Below are positions 48,766 to 59,739 of a DNA stretch of 64,000 nt, piece after piece; position 1 is the stretch's first letter, and each line of letters opens with the position of its first letter. The stretch spans positions 2,131-66,130 of the forward strand of contig CAZECN010000001.1 of assembly GCA_964510575.1 (NCBI GenBank). Reading direction: 5' to 3'. The notes below the pieces were generated by a model, which was not told the origin of the DNA, did no database searches, and was given only the letters and a program-made list of their open reading frames with translations. Both the position numbers and the translations under genes were made by a program. The DNA comes from an uncultured Bdellovibrionales bacterium (lineage in GTDB: Bacteria; Bdellovibrionota_C; UBA2361; SZUA-149; CALKYB01).

Positions 48766-48960
48766 TTGTAGTGTTTGTTAAAGAAACTTTGGAGATTCAT
48801 AGCAGAAATCAATCTGTTTTGCATGAGCACAGCGAGATCTTTACCTGGCATTGAAGACCCAGAGAGTAGTGGTTGTGAAGCGTTGCAAGCCCCTATTTTC
48901 TGTGAAAATATGCACCACGGAGCCTATTTTAACTTCTCCGAGAATCTAGAAGGTCAAATC

Positions 48961-50055
48961 ATGAAATTCCCAAAATTTTTTATAGTTCCAGCCTTAGCAC
49001 TAACTTTTAGCTTTGCTTTGGTGGCATGTAACAACTCTAAAGAGGTCGTTTCGGAGAACGGTGACTCAACCAAAGATTTAAATGTGTCAGAGGAGGCCAA
49101 CCAAACAAGCGATAAGTCGAAGGAGGCAGTTTCAGCTCCTAAAGCATTGTCTAGTTTTAGTTCGGAGCAGCAGGGTGCTGTTAAGATTCTAAGAGAAACT
49201 GAAGTGGGTAACGGAATCACAGTGGTAAATTCAGGTAGTGGCGAGAAAAAAGTTTACTCCTACACTATCCCAGAAAACTCTACGGCGAATGCCGAGATGA
49301 AAGTTAAAATGGGTTCTAGCAATGTAATTAATGGTCAGCAAGTTCCATCGCCTCCGATTCCAGCAATTGTGACTCCTATGGAGTTTAAGACAGGAAAAAA
49401 TGAGCAAGGTAAAGTTAAGGTAGAAGCCACTTACTTGCAGGCTAGAATAGAAGAAGACGCAAGTGTGCCGGATTTCTTGAAAGAGGCTACTTTGAATCAA
49501 ATGAATCGTCTTAAAGATATTACTATGAGCTGGAATGTAAATCCCCAGGGGAGTATTTCTAATGTTAGCTTTCCTGATAACCTTCCCCCAGATTTAAAAT
49601 CTCTTTTTGAACAAACTCAACGCAGTATTGGTAATATGTTTGTCGGTTTGCCGACTGAAGCTATTGGAAAGAATTCCTCTTGGATTCTAGGAATAGATAG
49701 TTTTAACATTGGTGGAATAGAACAAAAGCTCAGAATACTATATCAATTGAATAGTATTGAAGGAGAAACTCTTTCGCTTGATATGACTACTAGAAGTCTG
49801 ATTGAGGATCAGGAATTTGATCTTCCTGGGTCAGAGGCAAAAGCAAGTGCCAAGGCTGCTGAAAACTTTACTTTTGGAAAGATGAAAGTAAGCTTATCTA
49901 GTTTGATTCCCAATTCTGAAGTCTCGGGAGATTCTAGGATAGTTATAGAAATCCCAGGATCTGGCCAGACTATAGAGGCTACTACTTCCATTGAAATGGA
50001 GTTTAAAGAATTGCCTGCGGAAGCCGTTATGGAAAAGAAGGCTGTTAATTCATGA
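48961..50055 (+). CDS. Lipoprotein of unknown function
   Basis: MKFPKFFIVPALALTFSFALVAC has the lipobox LVAC. The ATG at 48961 is preferred over the track start at 48775. Confidence 0.5.
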   Translation: MKFPKFFIVPALALTFSFALVACNNSKEVVSENGDSTKDLNVSEEANQTSDKSKEAVSAPKALSSFSSEQQGAVKILRETEVGNGITVVNSGSGEKKVYSYTIPENSTANAEMKVKMGSSNVINGQQVPSPPIPAIVTPMEFKTGKNEQGKVKVEATYLQARIEEDASVPDFLKEATLNQMNRLKDITMSWNVNPQGSISNVSFPDNLPPDLKSLFEQTQRSIGNMFVGLPTEAIGKNSSWILGIDSFNIGGIEQKLRILYQLNSIEGETLSLDMTTRSLIEDQEFDLPGSEAKASAKAAENFTFGKMKVSLSSLIPNSEVSGDSRIVIEIPGSGQTIEATTSIEMEFKELPAEAVMEKKAVNS

Positions 50056-50260
50056 TTTAGCTACCGACCTCTTATTTCTCTAGTCTCAAAGTGAAAATAA
50101 TTCAGTGTTATTTGGGTACTCGCTAAACTCAGTGATTTGCCATCTAGTCAGTCCTAGTTATGCTAGGTATAGTCGACCTGGGCTTAGCGATGACTAAAGC
50201 TATTAGTAGAGCAGATGGTTTAAGCTAAGGTTAGGATTTTAATTACAACGACCATTAATT

Positions 50261-50686
50261 TTGGAGAAAACAATGGACTTGCTTTCAATCGGAAAACAAC
50301 TTTTAGGTGCACAAATGAGCCAGCAGCTTGGCAACAAGGCTGGTGGAATTTTGCAAGCGGTCACTAGACTGACTGAAGGAGAGGGTCTTAACCTTTCAGG
50401 TCTTTCTTCTATGCTTGAGCAAAATGGCTTGGGTGAGCAAGTAAAGTCTTGGCTAGGTGATGGCGAAAATCAGGAAATCAGTTCTGAGCAGCTTCAAGAA
50501 GCTATTGGTGAAGAGAAGATTGCAGAAGTTGCATCGGAGCTGGGTGTTGAACAAGGAGATGCTTTAGAGTCCTTGAGGAGCGCACTTCCAAATATCTTAA
50601 ATAATGCCAGTGAAGGTGGATCCATACTGGATCAATTTGGTGATGTTGGGGGACTTTTAGGAAAAGCAAAGAACCTACTTTCCTAG
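50261..50686 (+). CDS. YidB-family (DUF937) protein
   Basis: LLGAQMSQQLGNKAGGILQAV...QVKSWLGDGENQEISSEQLQEAIGEEKIAEVASELGV...ALPNILNNASEGG matches the YidB pattern. Confidence 0.55.
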   Translation: MEKTMDLLSIGKQLLGAQMSQQLGNKAGGILQAVTRLTEGEGLNLSGLSSMLEQNGLGEQVKSWLGDGENQEISSEQLQEAIGEEKIAEVASELGVEQGDALESLRSALPNILNNASEGGSILDQFGDVGGLLGKAKNLLS

Positions 50687-50710
50687 GCTTTAGACAATCA
50701 TTAGCAGTGA

Positions 50711-50750
50711 AAGAGGCTCAGCGGATAATTTCCTGCTGAGCCTTTTTTCG
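50711..50750. terminator. Rho-independent terminator between yidB-like (+) and purT (-)
   Basis: AGGCTCAGC-GGATAATTTCCT-GCTGAGCCT followed by TTTTTTCG. Confidence 0.8.
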
Positions 50751-50762
50751 TTTAGCTTTTGT

Positions 50763-51959
50763 TTAGAGTTTTACTTGGACAGTTTTAGCAGTTTTTATGG
50801 CTTGATTCTTGGCTGATTCAGGGGTCGTCGACTTAGCTAGGGCTACTGCCATTCTTCTTTCCCCCTTAACTTCAGGTTTGCCAAAAAGTCTCAGTTCAGT
50901 GTCTGGCTGCTCCAGAGCTTTATCAAGATTTTCAAAACTGACTTTTTTAGATTCACCCTCAACTAAAATCACAGCACTAGCGGCTGGACTTAGTAGTTCG
51001 ATTTTAGGAATGGGTAGACCCAAGATTGCCCTAGCATGAAGTGCGAACTCAGATAAGTTTTGAGACAAGAGAGTGACCAGTCCTGTGTCATGTGGTCTGG
51101 GAGAGACTTCACTAAAATAAACTTCATCGCCTTTAATAAATAGCTCAACTCCAAAGACGCCCCAGCCCCCTAAGTCATCTGTGATTTTTTTGGCGATATC
51201 CTGTGCTCGCTTCAAAGCTTGACTGGTCATTTCTTGAGGTTGCCAGGATTCTCGGTAATCACCTTTCTCTTGTCTATGTCCGATAGGCTCGCAAAAGGAA
51301 GTGCCGCCTTTGTGCCTGACAGTGAGCAGTGTAATTTCATACTCAAAGTCCACAAAGCCTTCCACAATGACTCTTTCAGACCCCTTTTTGGCAGACTTTC
51401 CACGACTACCTTGTTGAGCATATTCCCAAGCGGGTTCTATATCTATTTCCTCTCTTAAGGTACTTTGACCTTTACCCGAGGAACTCATCACAGGTTTAAC
51501 CACAGCCGGTAGTTTAATTTCTTTAACCGCTGCCAAATATTCTTCTTTGCTGCTAGCAAATCTGTATGGAGAGGTGGGGAGTTTTAGTTCCTCAGCCGCG
51601 AGACGTCTAATTCCTTCTCGGTCCATAGTTAGCTGAGTAGCTCTAGCTGTAGGAATTACCCTAAAGCCCTCTTTCTCTAGCTCGACCAACTTATCGGTCG
51701 CAATTGCTTCAATTTCAGGAACTATTAAGTTGGGCTTTTCTTTTCGAACTATTTCTTCCAGCTCGCTACCGTTAGTCATGTTGATAACATGAGATCGATG
51801 GGCTACTTGCATTGCCGGTGCTTCAGGGTAACGGTCAACTGCAATTACCTCTACACCGTAGCGTTGAAGTTCGATTACTACTTCTTTGCCTAGTTCTCCG
51901 GCGCCGCAAAATAAAACTTTGGTCGCAGATTCAGAGTTTGGAGTTCCGATGGTTGTCAT
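50763..51959 (-). CDS. purT: Formate-dependent phosphoribosylglycinamide formyltransferase
   Basis: ATP-grasp. N-terminus [14 protein letters not shown], PurT-length (398 aa), C-terminal pattern. Confidence 0.9.
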   Translation of the reverse strand: MTTIGTPNSESATKVLFCGAGELGKEVVIELQRYGVEVIAVDRYPEAPAMQVAHRSHVINMTNGSELEEIVRKEKPNLIVPEIEAIATDKLVELEKEGFRVIPTARATQLTMDREGIRRLAAEELKLPTSPYRFASSKEEYLAAVKEIKLPAVVKPVMSSSGKGQSTLREEIDIEPAWEYAQQGSRGKSAKKGSERVIVEGFVDFEYEITLLTVRHKGGTSFCEPIGHRQEKGDYRESWQPQEMTSQALKRAQDIAKKITDDLGGWGVFGVELFIKGDEVYFSEVSPRPHDTGLVTLLSQNLSEFALHARAILGLPIPKIELLSPAASAVILVEGESKKVSFENLDKALEQPDTELRLFGKPEVKGERRMAVALAKSTTPESAKNQAIKTAKTVQVKL

Positions 51960-52156
51960 AGCACTATTGAAAGAAATTTTAATTTTTCAAGACTAGATAA
52001 AGCATTTAAAGGGATCTTTTGCCATAAAACCGCGATGGTTGATCGGAAAACAAGCTGTTGGCGGTGAAACTTGAAGATTAGCTAAAAGAAACTTATAAAT
52101 TATCTCTCCGCTTAGTCTTTGTTTCACTTTATACGCTGCATCCACTTTATACCCTG

Positions 52157-52885
52157 ATGATAAGAGCCTCGAAGCTAAGTAAAAGTTTTGCTGACTTGGA
52201 TGCGGTTAACAGTCTTTCTTTTGAGATCCCGGAGAATCAGGTGACTGGCCTGCTAGGGCCCAATGGAGCTGGTAAAACAACAACTATTAGAATGTTGACG
52301 ACTTTTCTTTCTCCAGACTCAGGAGATGCTGAGGTAGCTGGCTATAGTGTTACTAAAGAAGCAGATAAGGTCAGAGAAAGCATCGGATACCAACCGGAAA
52401 CTCCCCCTCTTTATCCTGAAATGACGGTGCTAGAGTATTTGGGGTTTGTTGGGAAAATTAAGAAGCTTAGATCTAATGAACTTAGAGATAATATAGCCAG
52501 GGTCTTGCATCGTTGCCTGCTTGAGGATGTTGCCCATCAACCTTGTTTTCAGCTTTCAAAAGGATACAGGCAACGAGTAGGTTTGGCTCAAGCCATTATT
52601 CATAATCCTGCTGTAATAATTCTTGATGAACCGACCAGTGGATTGGACCCTTCTCAAATTATTGAGATCAGAGCTTTGATTAAAGAACTGGGTGATAGTC
52701 ATAGTGTGGTCATTAGTAGTCACAACCTGGCTGAAGTTGTGGCCACTTGCTCACAAGCTTTAATATTATCCAAAGGTCAGTTGGTATCTAGTCTAGAAGT
52801 TTCAGAAGATAGTGATAGTTCCTTGTTAGAGCAGGAGTACCTTCGTGCAGTTTCTGGTATGGAACCGGCAGGAGAGTCTCAGTGA
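52157..52885 (+). CDS. ABC transporter ATP-binding protein (GldA-like)
   Basis: Walker A GPNGAGKTTT, signature LSKGYRQRVGLAQAI, Walker B ILDEPTSGLD. Confidence 0.8.
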   Translation: MIRASKLSKSFADLDAVNSLSFEIPENQVTGLLGPNGAGKTTTIRMLTTFLSPDSGDAEVAGYSVTKEADKVRESIGYQPETPPLYPEMTVLEYLGFVGKIKKLRSNELRDNIARVLHRCLLEDVAHQPCFQLSKGYRQRVGLAQAIIHNPAVIILDEPTSGLDPSQIIEIRALIKELGDSHSVVISSHNLAEVVATCSQALILSKGQLVSSLEVSEDSDSSLLEQEYLRAVSGMEPAGESQ

Positions 52886-53646
52886 GTAATGTTTTAACTA
52901 TAGCCTCTAGAGAACTTAAAGCCGGGTTTCGAACACCCTTGGCTTGGGTCATTTGTAGCGGCTTTTTGCTATTAGCCGGTTTCTTTTTTTATGGAAGAGT
53001 CCAGTGGTTTAACGCAGCGCTGCAGCAGTCGGCTTTGCTCTCTGGTAAAACTCCTACTCTCAATGAACATGTAGTTGCTCCCTACTTTCAAACAATAGAG
53101 ATTATTCTTATCTTCTTAATTCCCGTGCTCACAATGCGAGCTATTGCCGAAGAGCGAAGAAGTGGCACTTTTGAAATGATGATTACATCTCCTGTAGGCA
53201 TAATGGAGCTAGTGCTTGGTAAGTTTCTAGGAATCGCGGGAATCGTCCTGGTTATGCTTTCAACTTCCTTTATCTTCCCGTTGGCTTTAGGATCATTTGC
53301 GGCACTGGAAATGCCCCCGATCCTAGTAGGACTGCTTGGGCTTTTTCTTTTTACTCTTTGTTTTGTCTCCCTTGGAATTGCAGTGTCAGCTTGCACCTCT
53401 AGCCAAACTGTGGCCGGAGTCGTTAGCGTAGTTTTGTCTTTAGGATTGTATGCGATCAACCTTCCTGCTAGCTCTCTGGGTGGTGTCGGTTCTGATATAC
53501 TTGATTACGTTTCTCCTCCTCTCCATTCTCTTAATTTTTATCGAGGGGTGATTGATAGTGCAGATATTATTTATTTTATTTCAGTAATTGCTGTCGGCCT
53601 ATTTTTTTCGGCCAGAGTTCTAGAAGGAGCACGTTGGCGACAGTGA
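52882..53646 (+). CDS. ABC-2 type permease (GldF-like)
   Basis: 6-TM ABC-2 permease, 4-nt overlap with the ATPase gene. Confidence 0.7.
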   Translation: MSNVLTIASRELKAGFRTPLAWVICSGFLLLAGFFFYGRVQWFNAALQQSALLSGKTPTLNEHVVAPYFQTIEIILIFLIPVLTMRAIAEERRSGTFEMMITSPVGIMELVLGKFLGIAGIVLVMLSTSFIFPLALGSFAALEMPPILVGLLGLFLFTLCFVSLGIAVSACTSSQTVAGVVSVVLSLGLYAINLPASSLGGVGSDILDYVSPPLHSLNFYRGVIDSADIIYFISVIAVGLFFSARVLEGARWRQ

Positions 53647-53656
53647 GCATTGGTAG

Positions 53657-55195
53657 ATGAATAATTATACTAATTTTTTTGGCTGGGCTGCCCTAGTTGC
53701 ATTCGTATTTGGAGTGGTTTCTTGGTTTTCCCTTGGCTCCGGGCAAAACTACTTATCGATCATTCATTTTGTAGTGGCCCTAGTGTTTCTTATTTTTTTC
53801 GTTTTAGGTGGAGGCAGAGAAAGCTTATTTAGTAGTAGTGCTAAAAGAAAAGCTGGCTTTGGTTTTGCAGCAGGACTTTACTCGGCTATGTTTGTGGCTA
53901 TAGTTGCTGGCCTTAATTATCTTTCTTACCACAATAACTTTTTTCGCTACGACTCTTCCGAGCAGAAGGTATTTTCCTTAGCTCCTCAGACTGAGCAGGT
54001 TATTGGAAAACTAAAGGATAGAATTGAAATAAAAGGATTTTTTCTAGGAGGCGTAGTGACCAAGACTTCTGTTACGAGTCTTCTAGAGTTATTAGAACGT
54101 GAGTCTGGATTGATAGACTTTGAAATATTGGATCCTGAAAAAAATCCACTTGTTGCCGATCGTTACGGGGTTAGTGAGAATGAAACTTTGGTTTTTAAAT
54201 ACTCTGACGGATCCGTTGATCGTCAGACTAGAATTGTCGGCGACATTACCGAACAGAGGGTCATAAATGCTTTAATCAAGCTTGAGAGAGGCGAGGGAAA
54301 GAAGGTTTACTACTTAACTGGTCACGGTGAACCTTCTCTTAATTCTCAAACGGAGGAGGGATATTTATTTCTCGCAGAGGCGATACGAGGCGAGAATATC
54401 CAACTTGAGCGCTTACTTCTTGATGCTGGGAAAGCGGTTCCCCCTGATGCATCGGCATTAATCATTTCTTCACCCGAAAAGGATTTAATTGCAGGCGAGA
54501 AACAGGCTATTTTAAGTTACATAGAGGCTGGTGGAGCGCTATTGGTACTTATGGAGCCTAGGAGTCCAAGTAGTGTTGTAGAGATTAGTGAGCTTCTTGG
54601 AATTTCCGGAGGCCAGTCTGTGGTTGCGGAGAACGTTGTCAGTGTTTTAGACGGAAATAAAGTAGGGTTAGTTCCTCGCGCTTTAAAATATGGCCGTCAT
54701 AAAATAACTGAAAAATTTTTAAAGCCTACTATTTACGAGATAGCCACCTCTCTTTCCACGTCAGCCAAGACAATTCCCGACGCTAGCTACACAAGACTGG
54801 CTTTTAGTAGTGATAAAGCTTGGGGTGAAACTGACCTAGACGGTCTTTTTGAAGGAGAGCTAGAGTCCAGTAAAACAGAGTCAGATCTAGCTGGCCCACT
54901 AACACTTGCTTTGGCTGTCGAAAATAAAAAGCAGAGAGCAGTAGTTTTTGGTGATGGGGACTTTGTTCGTAATCGCAATATTAGAAAATTATTTAATAGA
55001 GACTTTTTTCTTAACTCCTTAAACTGGGTTATTGATGAGGATGAGGGCATTGTTATACGTCCCAAAACAATGAAGCAGTCGGTTTCAGGTATTAGTCAGA
55101 ATAGCCTATCCTATCTTTTTTTCTCGACTGTAATTTTGTTACCAGAATTGATAATTCTTTCAGGACTATTCTTTTGGAGAAGAAGGATCTCTTGA
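53657..55195 (+). CDS. GldG-like ABC transporter auxiliary component
   Basis: N- and C-terminal TM anchors with a large periplasmic domain. Gene order ATPase-permease-GldG. Confidence 0.65.
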   Translation: MNNYTNFFGWAALVAFVFGVVSWFSLGSGQNYLSIIHFVVALVFLIFFVLGGGRESLFSSSAKRKAGFGFAAGLYSAMFVAIVAGLNYLSYHNNFFRYDSSEQKVFSLAPQTEQVIGKLKDRIEIKGFFLGGVVTKTSVTSLLELLERESGLIDFEILDPEKNPLVADRYGVSENETLVFKYSDGSVDRQTRIVGDITEQRVINALIKLERGEGKKVYYLTGHGEPSLNSQTEEGYLFLAEAIRGENIQLERLLLDAGKAVPPDASALIISSPEKDLIAGEKQAILSYIEAGGALLVLMEPRSPSSVVEISELLGISGGQSVVAENVVSVLDGNKVGLVPRALKYGRHKITEKFLKPTIYEIATSLSTSAKTIPDASYTRLAFSSDKAWGETDLDGLFEGELESSKTESDLAGPLTLALAVENKKQRAVVFGDGDFVRNRNIRKLFNRDFFLNSLNWVIDEDEGIVIRPKTMKQSVSGISQNSLSYLFFSTVILLPELIILSGLFFWRRRIS

Positions 55196-55228
55196 GTTTA
55201 TTTTCTCAGGAGTTTCTGCGAGAACGCG

Positions 55229-56656
55229 ATGAGTAGAACCGGATTTATTTCTCTATTTTTAATTCTCTTGATCACATCAGGGGTAGTCTACAAGCATAGT
55301 CAGGAAAAATTATCTTATGATAAGAAGGAAAGCTCAGAGGGGTTGATTGCTGAATCTCTTTTGAGATCGGCTACTGAACTGAGACTCTCTCATTCCGATG
55401 AAGAAATAGTTTTTTCCAGAACCAATCCAGGTGAAGACTGGGTGATCACCGAACCTTTCGAAGTTCCACTTGAAAAGGCTGCTTTTGATAAAGTCTATGG
55501 TTCGATTATTGAGCTACGATCTTTAAATAGTGTTGAGATTTCGAAAGCTGATAAAGATGTCAAAGCCTATGGTTTCGACACAGGGGAGTTTTCTTTTTCT
55601 CTTTCGGACTCAAACGGAAGAAAAGAAAGCTGGCTACTTGGTAAGAAGACCAACTTTAGCGAAAAGCGATATATTATTAAAGACTCAGAGAAAACAATTC
55701 ATTTGGTAGATGACTCATTGGCTCTTAATTTGATGAAGCGTCTTTCCGACTTTAGGGATTTGAGTCCTATCAAGTTTGACCCTGAAAAAGTTTTTAAAAT
55801 TAATCGTAGAATAGGAATGGAAGTTGATACGATCGAAAAGCTGGGAGAGTCCTGGTTTTTTCAAGGTGTCGTTGAAACTATTCCAGTTGATTCTGCCTTA
55901 ATAGAGTCCAAACTAAGTAAATGGCGTAAGCTTGAGGCAGAAGAAGTGATTGCCGGAGGTAAGCTTGACCTTAGTAAGTATGGCTTAGAGTCGGGGCTAA
56001 TTACGATTACTCTCCATCAAAAAGGAGAAAAGCCACTGATTATGCTGTTTGGGGAGTCGGTTGAGATGGACCCCGAAGGAACTGCGTCGAAGAGATATTT
56101 TTTCCGGCTTAATCGAGAGGAAGGAATTTTTAGAACTCGTTTGCCAAGCTATCGAGATTTTCTTCAACCCTTAGAGCTTTTAAGGGATAGAACTCCCTTT
56201 GATGAGTTAGACCGCAGCTTATCAGCCAAAATAGTGGTGTCTAAGAATGGTCAAAATAGTGACCAATCTTTAGAGTTTTCAAAAGCTGGCTCGGGCTGGT
56301 TACTAAGTTCCGCAAAGAATCAAGAGGAGCTGGTAAAAAAGGAGACAGTCAGCCTTCTACTATCGAGGTTCCATGATGTTAGAATTTTGACCTGGCTAGA
56401 GGAAAATAGGTTTAATCAGTCCAAGTTTAAGAAAGATGAAGCCCGGCTTTCTTTAGAAGTTTTCGATGGCCAGGAGCGCTCCAAGGGGAAAATATACTTT
56501 GGACGGCCTGTGGAGACCCAGCAGGTTCAAAACATAGGTAATTTAGGGCCTCCAGTCTACGGGGCTGTTCAATCAGATAATGGTGCGATAATTCCTGCGG
56601 TGATAAGTTCAGGTGAGTTCGAAAGCCTACAATCATTACTTGAGGCCTTAGAATAG
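55229..56656 (+). CDS. DUF4340-like periplasmic protein (usual partner of GldG)
   Basis: N-terminal TM anchor, 475 aa, follows the GldG-like gene. Confidence 0.5.
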   Translation: MSRTGFISLFLILLITSGVVYKHSQEKLSYDKKESSEGLIAESLLRSATELRLSHSDEEIVFSRTNPGEDWVITEPFEVPLEKAAFDKVYGSIIELRSLNSVEISKADKDVKAYGFDTGEFSFSLSDSNGRKESWLLGKKTNFSEKRYIIKDSEKTIHLVDDSLALNLMKRLSDFRDLSPIKFDPEKVFKINRRIGMEVDTIEKLGESWFFQGVVETIPVDSALIESKLSKWRKLEAEEVIAGGKLDLSKYGLESGLITITLHQKGEKPLIMLFGESVEMDPEGTASKRYFFRLNREEGIFRTRLPSYRDFLQPLELLRDRTPFDELDRSLSAKIVVSKNGQNSDQSLEFSKAGSGWLLSSAKNQEELVKKETVSLLLSRFHDVRILTWLEENRFNQSKFKKDEARLSLEVFDGQERSKGKIYFGRPVETQQVQNIGNLGPPVYGAVQSDNGAIIPAVISSGEFESLQSLLEALE

Positions 56657-56709
56657 TTTTTCAGCTTTAGCTCATCGAGTCTTTAAAGCCAGCATTAAAA
56701 GAGTTTGAA

Positions 56710-59103
56710 TTGAAGAAGTTTTTTAAATTTTGTCTGATTACCGGCATTGTGCTGGGCTTGCTTAGCTTGGTCGTCGGCTTGGGTGCAGGAATGTATTACT
56801 ACATTCGGCTAACTAGAGATCTGCCTCAAATTTCTAGAATTGGTGATTACCGTCCTAAAGGAGTTACCGAAATCTATTCTGAAGATGGTGCTTTGCTGGC
56901 GGAGCTTTATGATGAGAAGCGTTATCCAGTTAGCTTTGAAGAGATCCCCCTTGTCGTTCGCAATGCTTTTCTCGCTGCGGAAGACTCCAATTTCTATGAA
57001 CACCCTGGTATTGATGTAATTAGTATTTTTCGAGCTGTCTATACTAACCTGCGGCATAAGGGTAGCAAGAAGCAAGGAGCTTCTACTATTACTCAGCAGG
57101 TTGTTAAGTCGCTACTGCTTACACGTGAAAAAACTTATACACGAAAAGCTAAAGAGGCGATTCTTGCTTACAGGTTAGAGAAAGCTCTTACTAAAGACGA
57201 AATTCTTACAATTTACTTGAACGAGATATTTCTTGGTCAGACAGCGCATGGTGTCAAAGCGGCAGCCAAGGTTCACTTTGGTAAAGAGTTAAATGAATTG
57301 ACGATAGGAGAGTCGGCTTATATGGCGGGGCTTCCACAAAGACCCAGTTATTATGCTCGACCTAGGAACAGACAAGCGGCGGTTGAAAGGCAGGGGTATG
57401 TTCTAAACCAAATGCTGCGGAATAAAATGATTTCTCGGCAGGAATATGACTCCGCAAGAAAGCAAGAGCTAGAAATATTCCCACCTAAGTCCAACACTTT
57501 TCATAAAATGCCTTACTTTGCTTCGCATGTAGCAAAGGTTTTGGAAGAAAAGCTGAAGACCATATCTCCAGGTTTAACCGCTACGAATCCAGGGGGATTT
57601 ATAGTTGAGACAACAGGTAGTTTAGAGGCTTACGACCTGGCTCAGAAATCTCTACGCAAAGGTTTGAGAGAAGTTGATAGGCGAAGGGGTTGGCGTGGTC
57701 CTATCGAAGCATTGGAAGGTAAAGAAGCTATTGAGGAATTCCTTCGGAAACAGGAATCCGAAATAGGAGAAGAACTACTACCTGATAAAATTTATAAAGG
57801 TGTTGTTACTAGTTTAAATTCTGGAAAAAAATCAGTTGGAGTCCAAGTTGGAGCCTTTGAGGGGACTATAAGTTTAGCAAAAGCTAAGTGGGCTGCTCTA
57901 AACCTAATACAGAATAAGAAAAACGGACGAGAGCGCACTAGGAGAATTTCACCCAGAAGACTAATGAAAAGAGGTTCGGTTTTAGAAGTCTCCCTTGATC
58001 CTCAAGCTGTTCGAGAAGAGCCCTACACCGATGTCGGTGGTAAAACTCCCTTTGTATTGGATCAAACTCCTCAGCTTCAAAGTGCTTTTTCGGTTTCTAA
58101 TGCTCTTACTGGTGAGATTAAAGCTCTGATTGGAGGGTTTGATTATGAGCAAAGTGTTTTTAATCGAGCGACTCAGGGACAGCTACAACCTGGTTCAGCT
58201 TTTAAACCTTTTATATATTTGGCTGCGGTAGACACTCTTGGTTACACGCCAGCAACCATCGTTCCTGACTCACCTATTTCTATGCGAGATGGAACTGGAG
58301 AATTTTGGACTCCCAAGAACTACGATCATAAATTTTTAGGACCTATTACTTTAAGAACTGCTTTGCAGCGATCACGAAATGTTGTTTCAGTTCATCTTCT
58401 TCGCAAAGTAGGAATTGACCGAGGAATTAAATATGCACGAGATCTAGGAATTAGCACCAGAATCGATAGAAATATGTCTATTGCTCTGGGTACCCCTGAA
58501 GTTAAGTTGGTTGAGCTAGTTCATTCCTATAGTGCATTTGCTGGGGGGGGATATCTTCCAGAGCTCATGGTAATCAAGTCTGTAAAGGACAGAGATGGCA
58601 ATGTCATTCTTGAGCAATTTCCAAAGCATAAACAGGTAATCGATGAAGAAAGCGCCTTTATCATGGCTAACATGATGAAGGGTGTAGTTGAGCGAGGAAC
58701 AGCTCAAATTTTGAAAAAATTGGAACGACCTGTTGCAGGTAAGACCGGAACAACCAACGAACAAATGGACGCTTGGTTTGTTGGTTACACCCCGGAATGG
58801 GTTGCCGGCGCTTGGGTTGGTTTTGATAGAAAGAAAACAATTGGCCGTTGGGAAACGGGAGGTAAGGCTGCAGCTCCTATATTCTTATATTTTATGCAGG
58901 AGTTTCTTAAAGACGAGCCGGAGCTTGATTTTGAAATACCTAATGGAGTTATTCCTTTGAAGGTTAATCCTTACACCGGGAGACTGGTTTCTCAAGATGA
59001 CCCTGATGGCTTTTTAGAATATTTTAAAAGTGGAACGGAACCAACATATTCTGCTGCAGATTTGGAAATTCCAGGGGATTACTTAGCTTCTGATGAGTTC
59101 TAG
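56710..59103 (+). CDS. mrcA: Penicillin-binding protein 1A (bifunctional transglycosylase/transpeptidase)
   Basis: Glycosyltransferase motif EDSNFYEHPGID. Transpeptidase motifs SAFKP and KTGTT. TTG start. Confidence 0.9.
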   Translation: MKKFFKFCLITGIVLGLLSLVVGLGAGMYYYIRLTRDLPQISRIGDYRPKGVTEIYSEDGALLAELYDEKRYPVSFEEIPLVVRNAFLAAEDSNFYEHPGIDVISIFRAVYTNLRHKGSKKQGASTITQQVVKSLLLTREKTYTRKAKEAILAYRLEKALTKDEILTIYLNEIFLGQTAHGVKAAAKVHFGKELNELTIGESAYMAGLPQRPSYYARPRNRQAAVERQGYVLNQMLRNKMISRQEYDSARKQELEIFPPKSNTFHKMPYFASHVAKVLEEKLKTISPGLTATNPGGFIVETTGSLEAYDLAQKSLRKGLREVDRRRGWRGPIEALEGKEAIEEFLRKQESEIGEELLPDKIYKGVVTSLNSGKKSVGVQVGAFEGTISLAKAKWAALNLIQNKKNGRERTRRISPRRLMKRGSVLEVSLDPQAVREEPYTDVGGKTPFVLDQTPQLQSAFSVSNALTGEIKALIGGFDYEQSVFNRATQGQLQPGSAFKPFIYLAAVDTLGYTPATIVPDSPISMRDGTGEFWTPKNYDHKFLGPITLRTALQRSRNVVSVHLLRKVGIDRGIKYARDLGISTRIDRNMSIALGTPEVKLVELVHSYSAFAGGGYLPELMVIKSVKDRDGNVILEQFPKHKQVIDEESAFIMANMMKGVVERGTAQILKKLERPVAGKTGTTNEQMDAWFVGYTPEWVAGAWVGFDRKKTIGRWETGGKAAAPIFLYFMQEFLKDEPELDFEIPNGVIPLKVNPYTGRLVSQDDPDGFLEYFKSGTEPTYSAADLEIPGDYLASDEF

Positions 59104-59160
59104 CAAATCTTCAGGCTGTGTTCCGCTTCTCAGTATATTCTTGCTCGCTATAGATAAAAA

Positions 59161-59739
59161 ATGAACGCCTTGAATTGTTACAGCTATTCAAAATTAATGC
59201 TCCTATTGCTGGCTACAGTGTTCTTCTCTTTACCAGCGCTAGCTGAGCAGAAACTGCCTTTTAAGATACCTACTAACCCTGGCCAGTTATATGGTAGTGC
59301 CTTGATTGAGACTACAAAAGGGCCAATTGAAATTGAGTTTTACCGAAAAGAAGCTCTGGTCACGGTCGCTAATTTTCAATATTTAATTAAGAAAGGTTTT
59401 TATAATAATCTGACCTTCCATCGATATGTTGAGGGTTATGTGCTGCAAGGGGGAGACCCAGAGGGAAACGGTCGTGGTGGCCCCTCTTATTTTCTTCCAC
59501 CTGAATTCTCATCAATTAAGCATCGATTAGGAACCTTTGGAATGGCTAGAAAGCCAGATCCGGTAAATGAAGAAAGGCTTTCAAATGGGAGTCAATTTTA
59601 TGTTACTCTGGATCGGGCTGAACACTTTGATGGCTTGTACAGTGTATTTGCTAGAGTTATTAACGGCATGGAAAACCTTCTTAGGCTAAGAGAAGGGGAT
59701 AGAATTATTAAAATACTTCTTCCTAAGAGCAATCGATGA
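59161..59739 (+). CDS. Cyclophilin-type peptidyl-prolyl cis-trans isomerase, secreted
   Basis: FHRYVEGYVLQGGDPEGNGRGGPSY matches the cyclophilin core. Signal peptide. Confidence 0.85.
   Translation: MNALNCYSYSKLMLLLLATVFFSLPALAEQKLPFKIPTNPGQLYGSALIETTKGPIEIEFYRKEALVTVANFQYLIKKGFYNNLTFHRYVEGYVLQGGDPEGNGRGGPSYFLPPEFSSIKHRLGTFGMARKPDPVNEERLSNGSQFYVTLDRAEHFDGLYSVFARVINGMENLLRLREGDRIIKILLPKSNR

Noticed and set aside
48775-48960. Upstream 62 codons of the track ORF 48775-50055
   Set aside because: The lipoprotein signal peptide with its lipobox begins at the internal ATG 48961. The upstream extension lacks an RBS and overlaps the trpC start region on the other strand.
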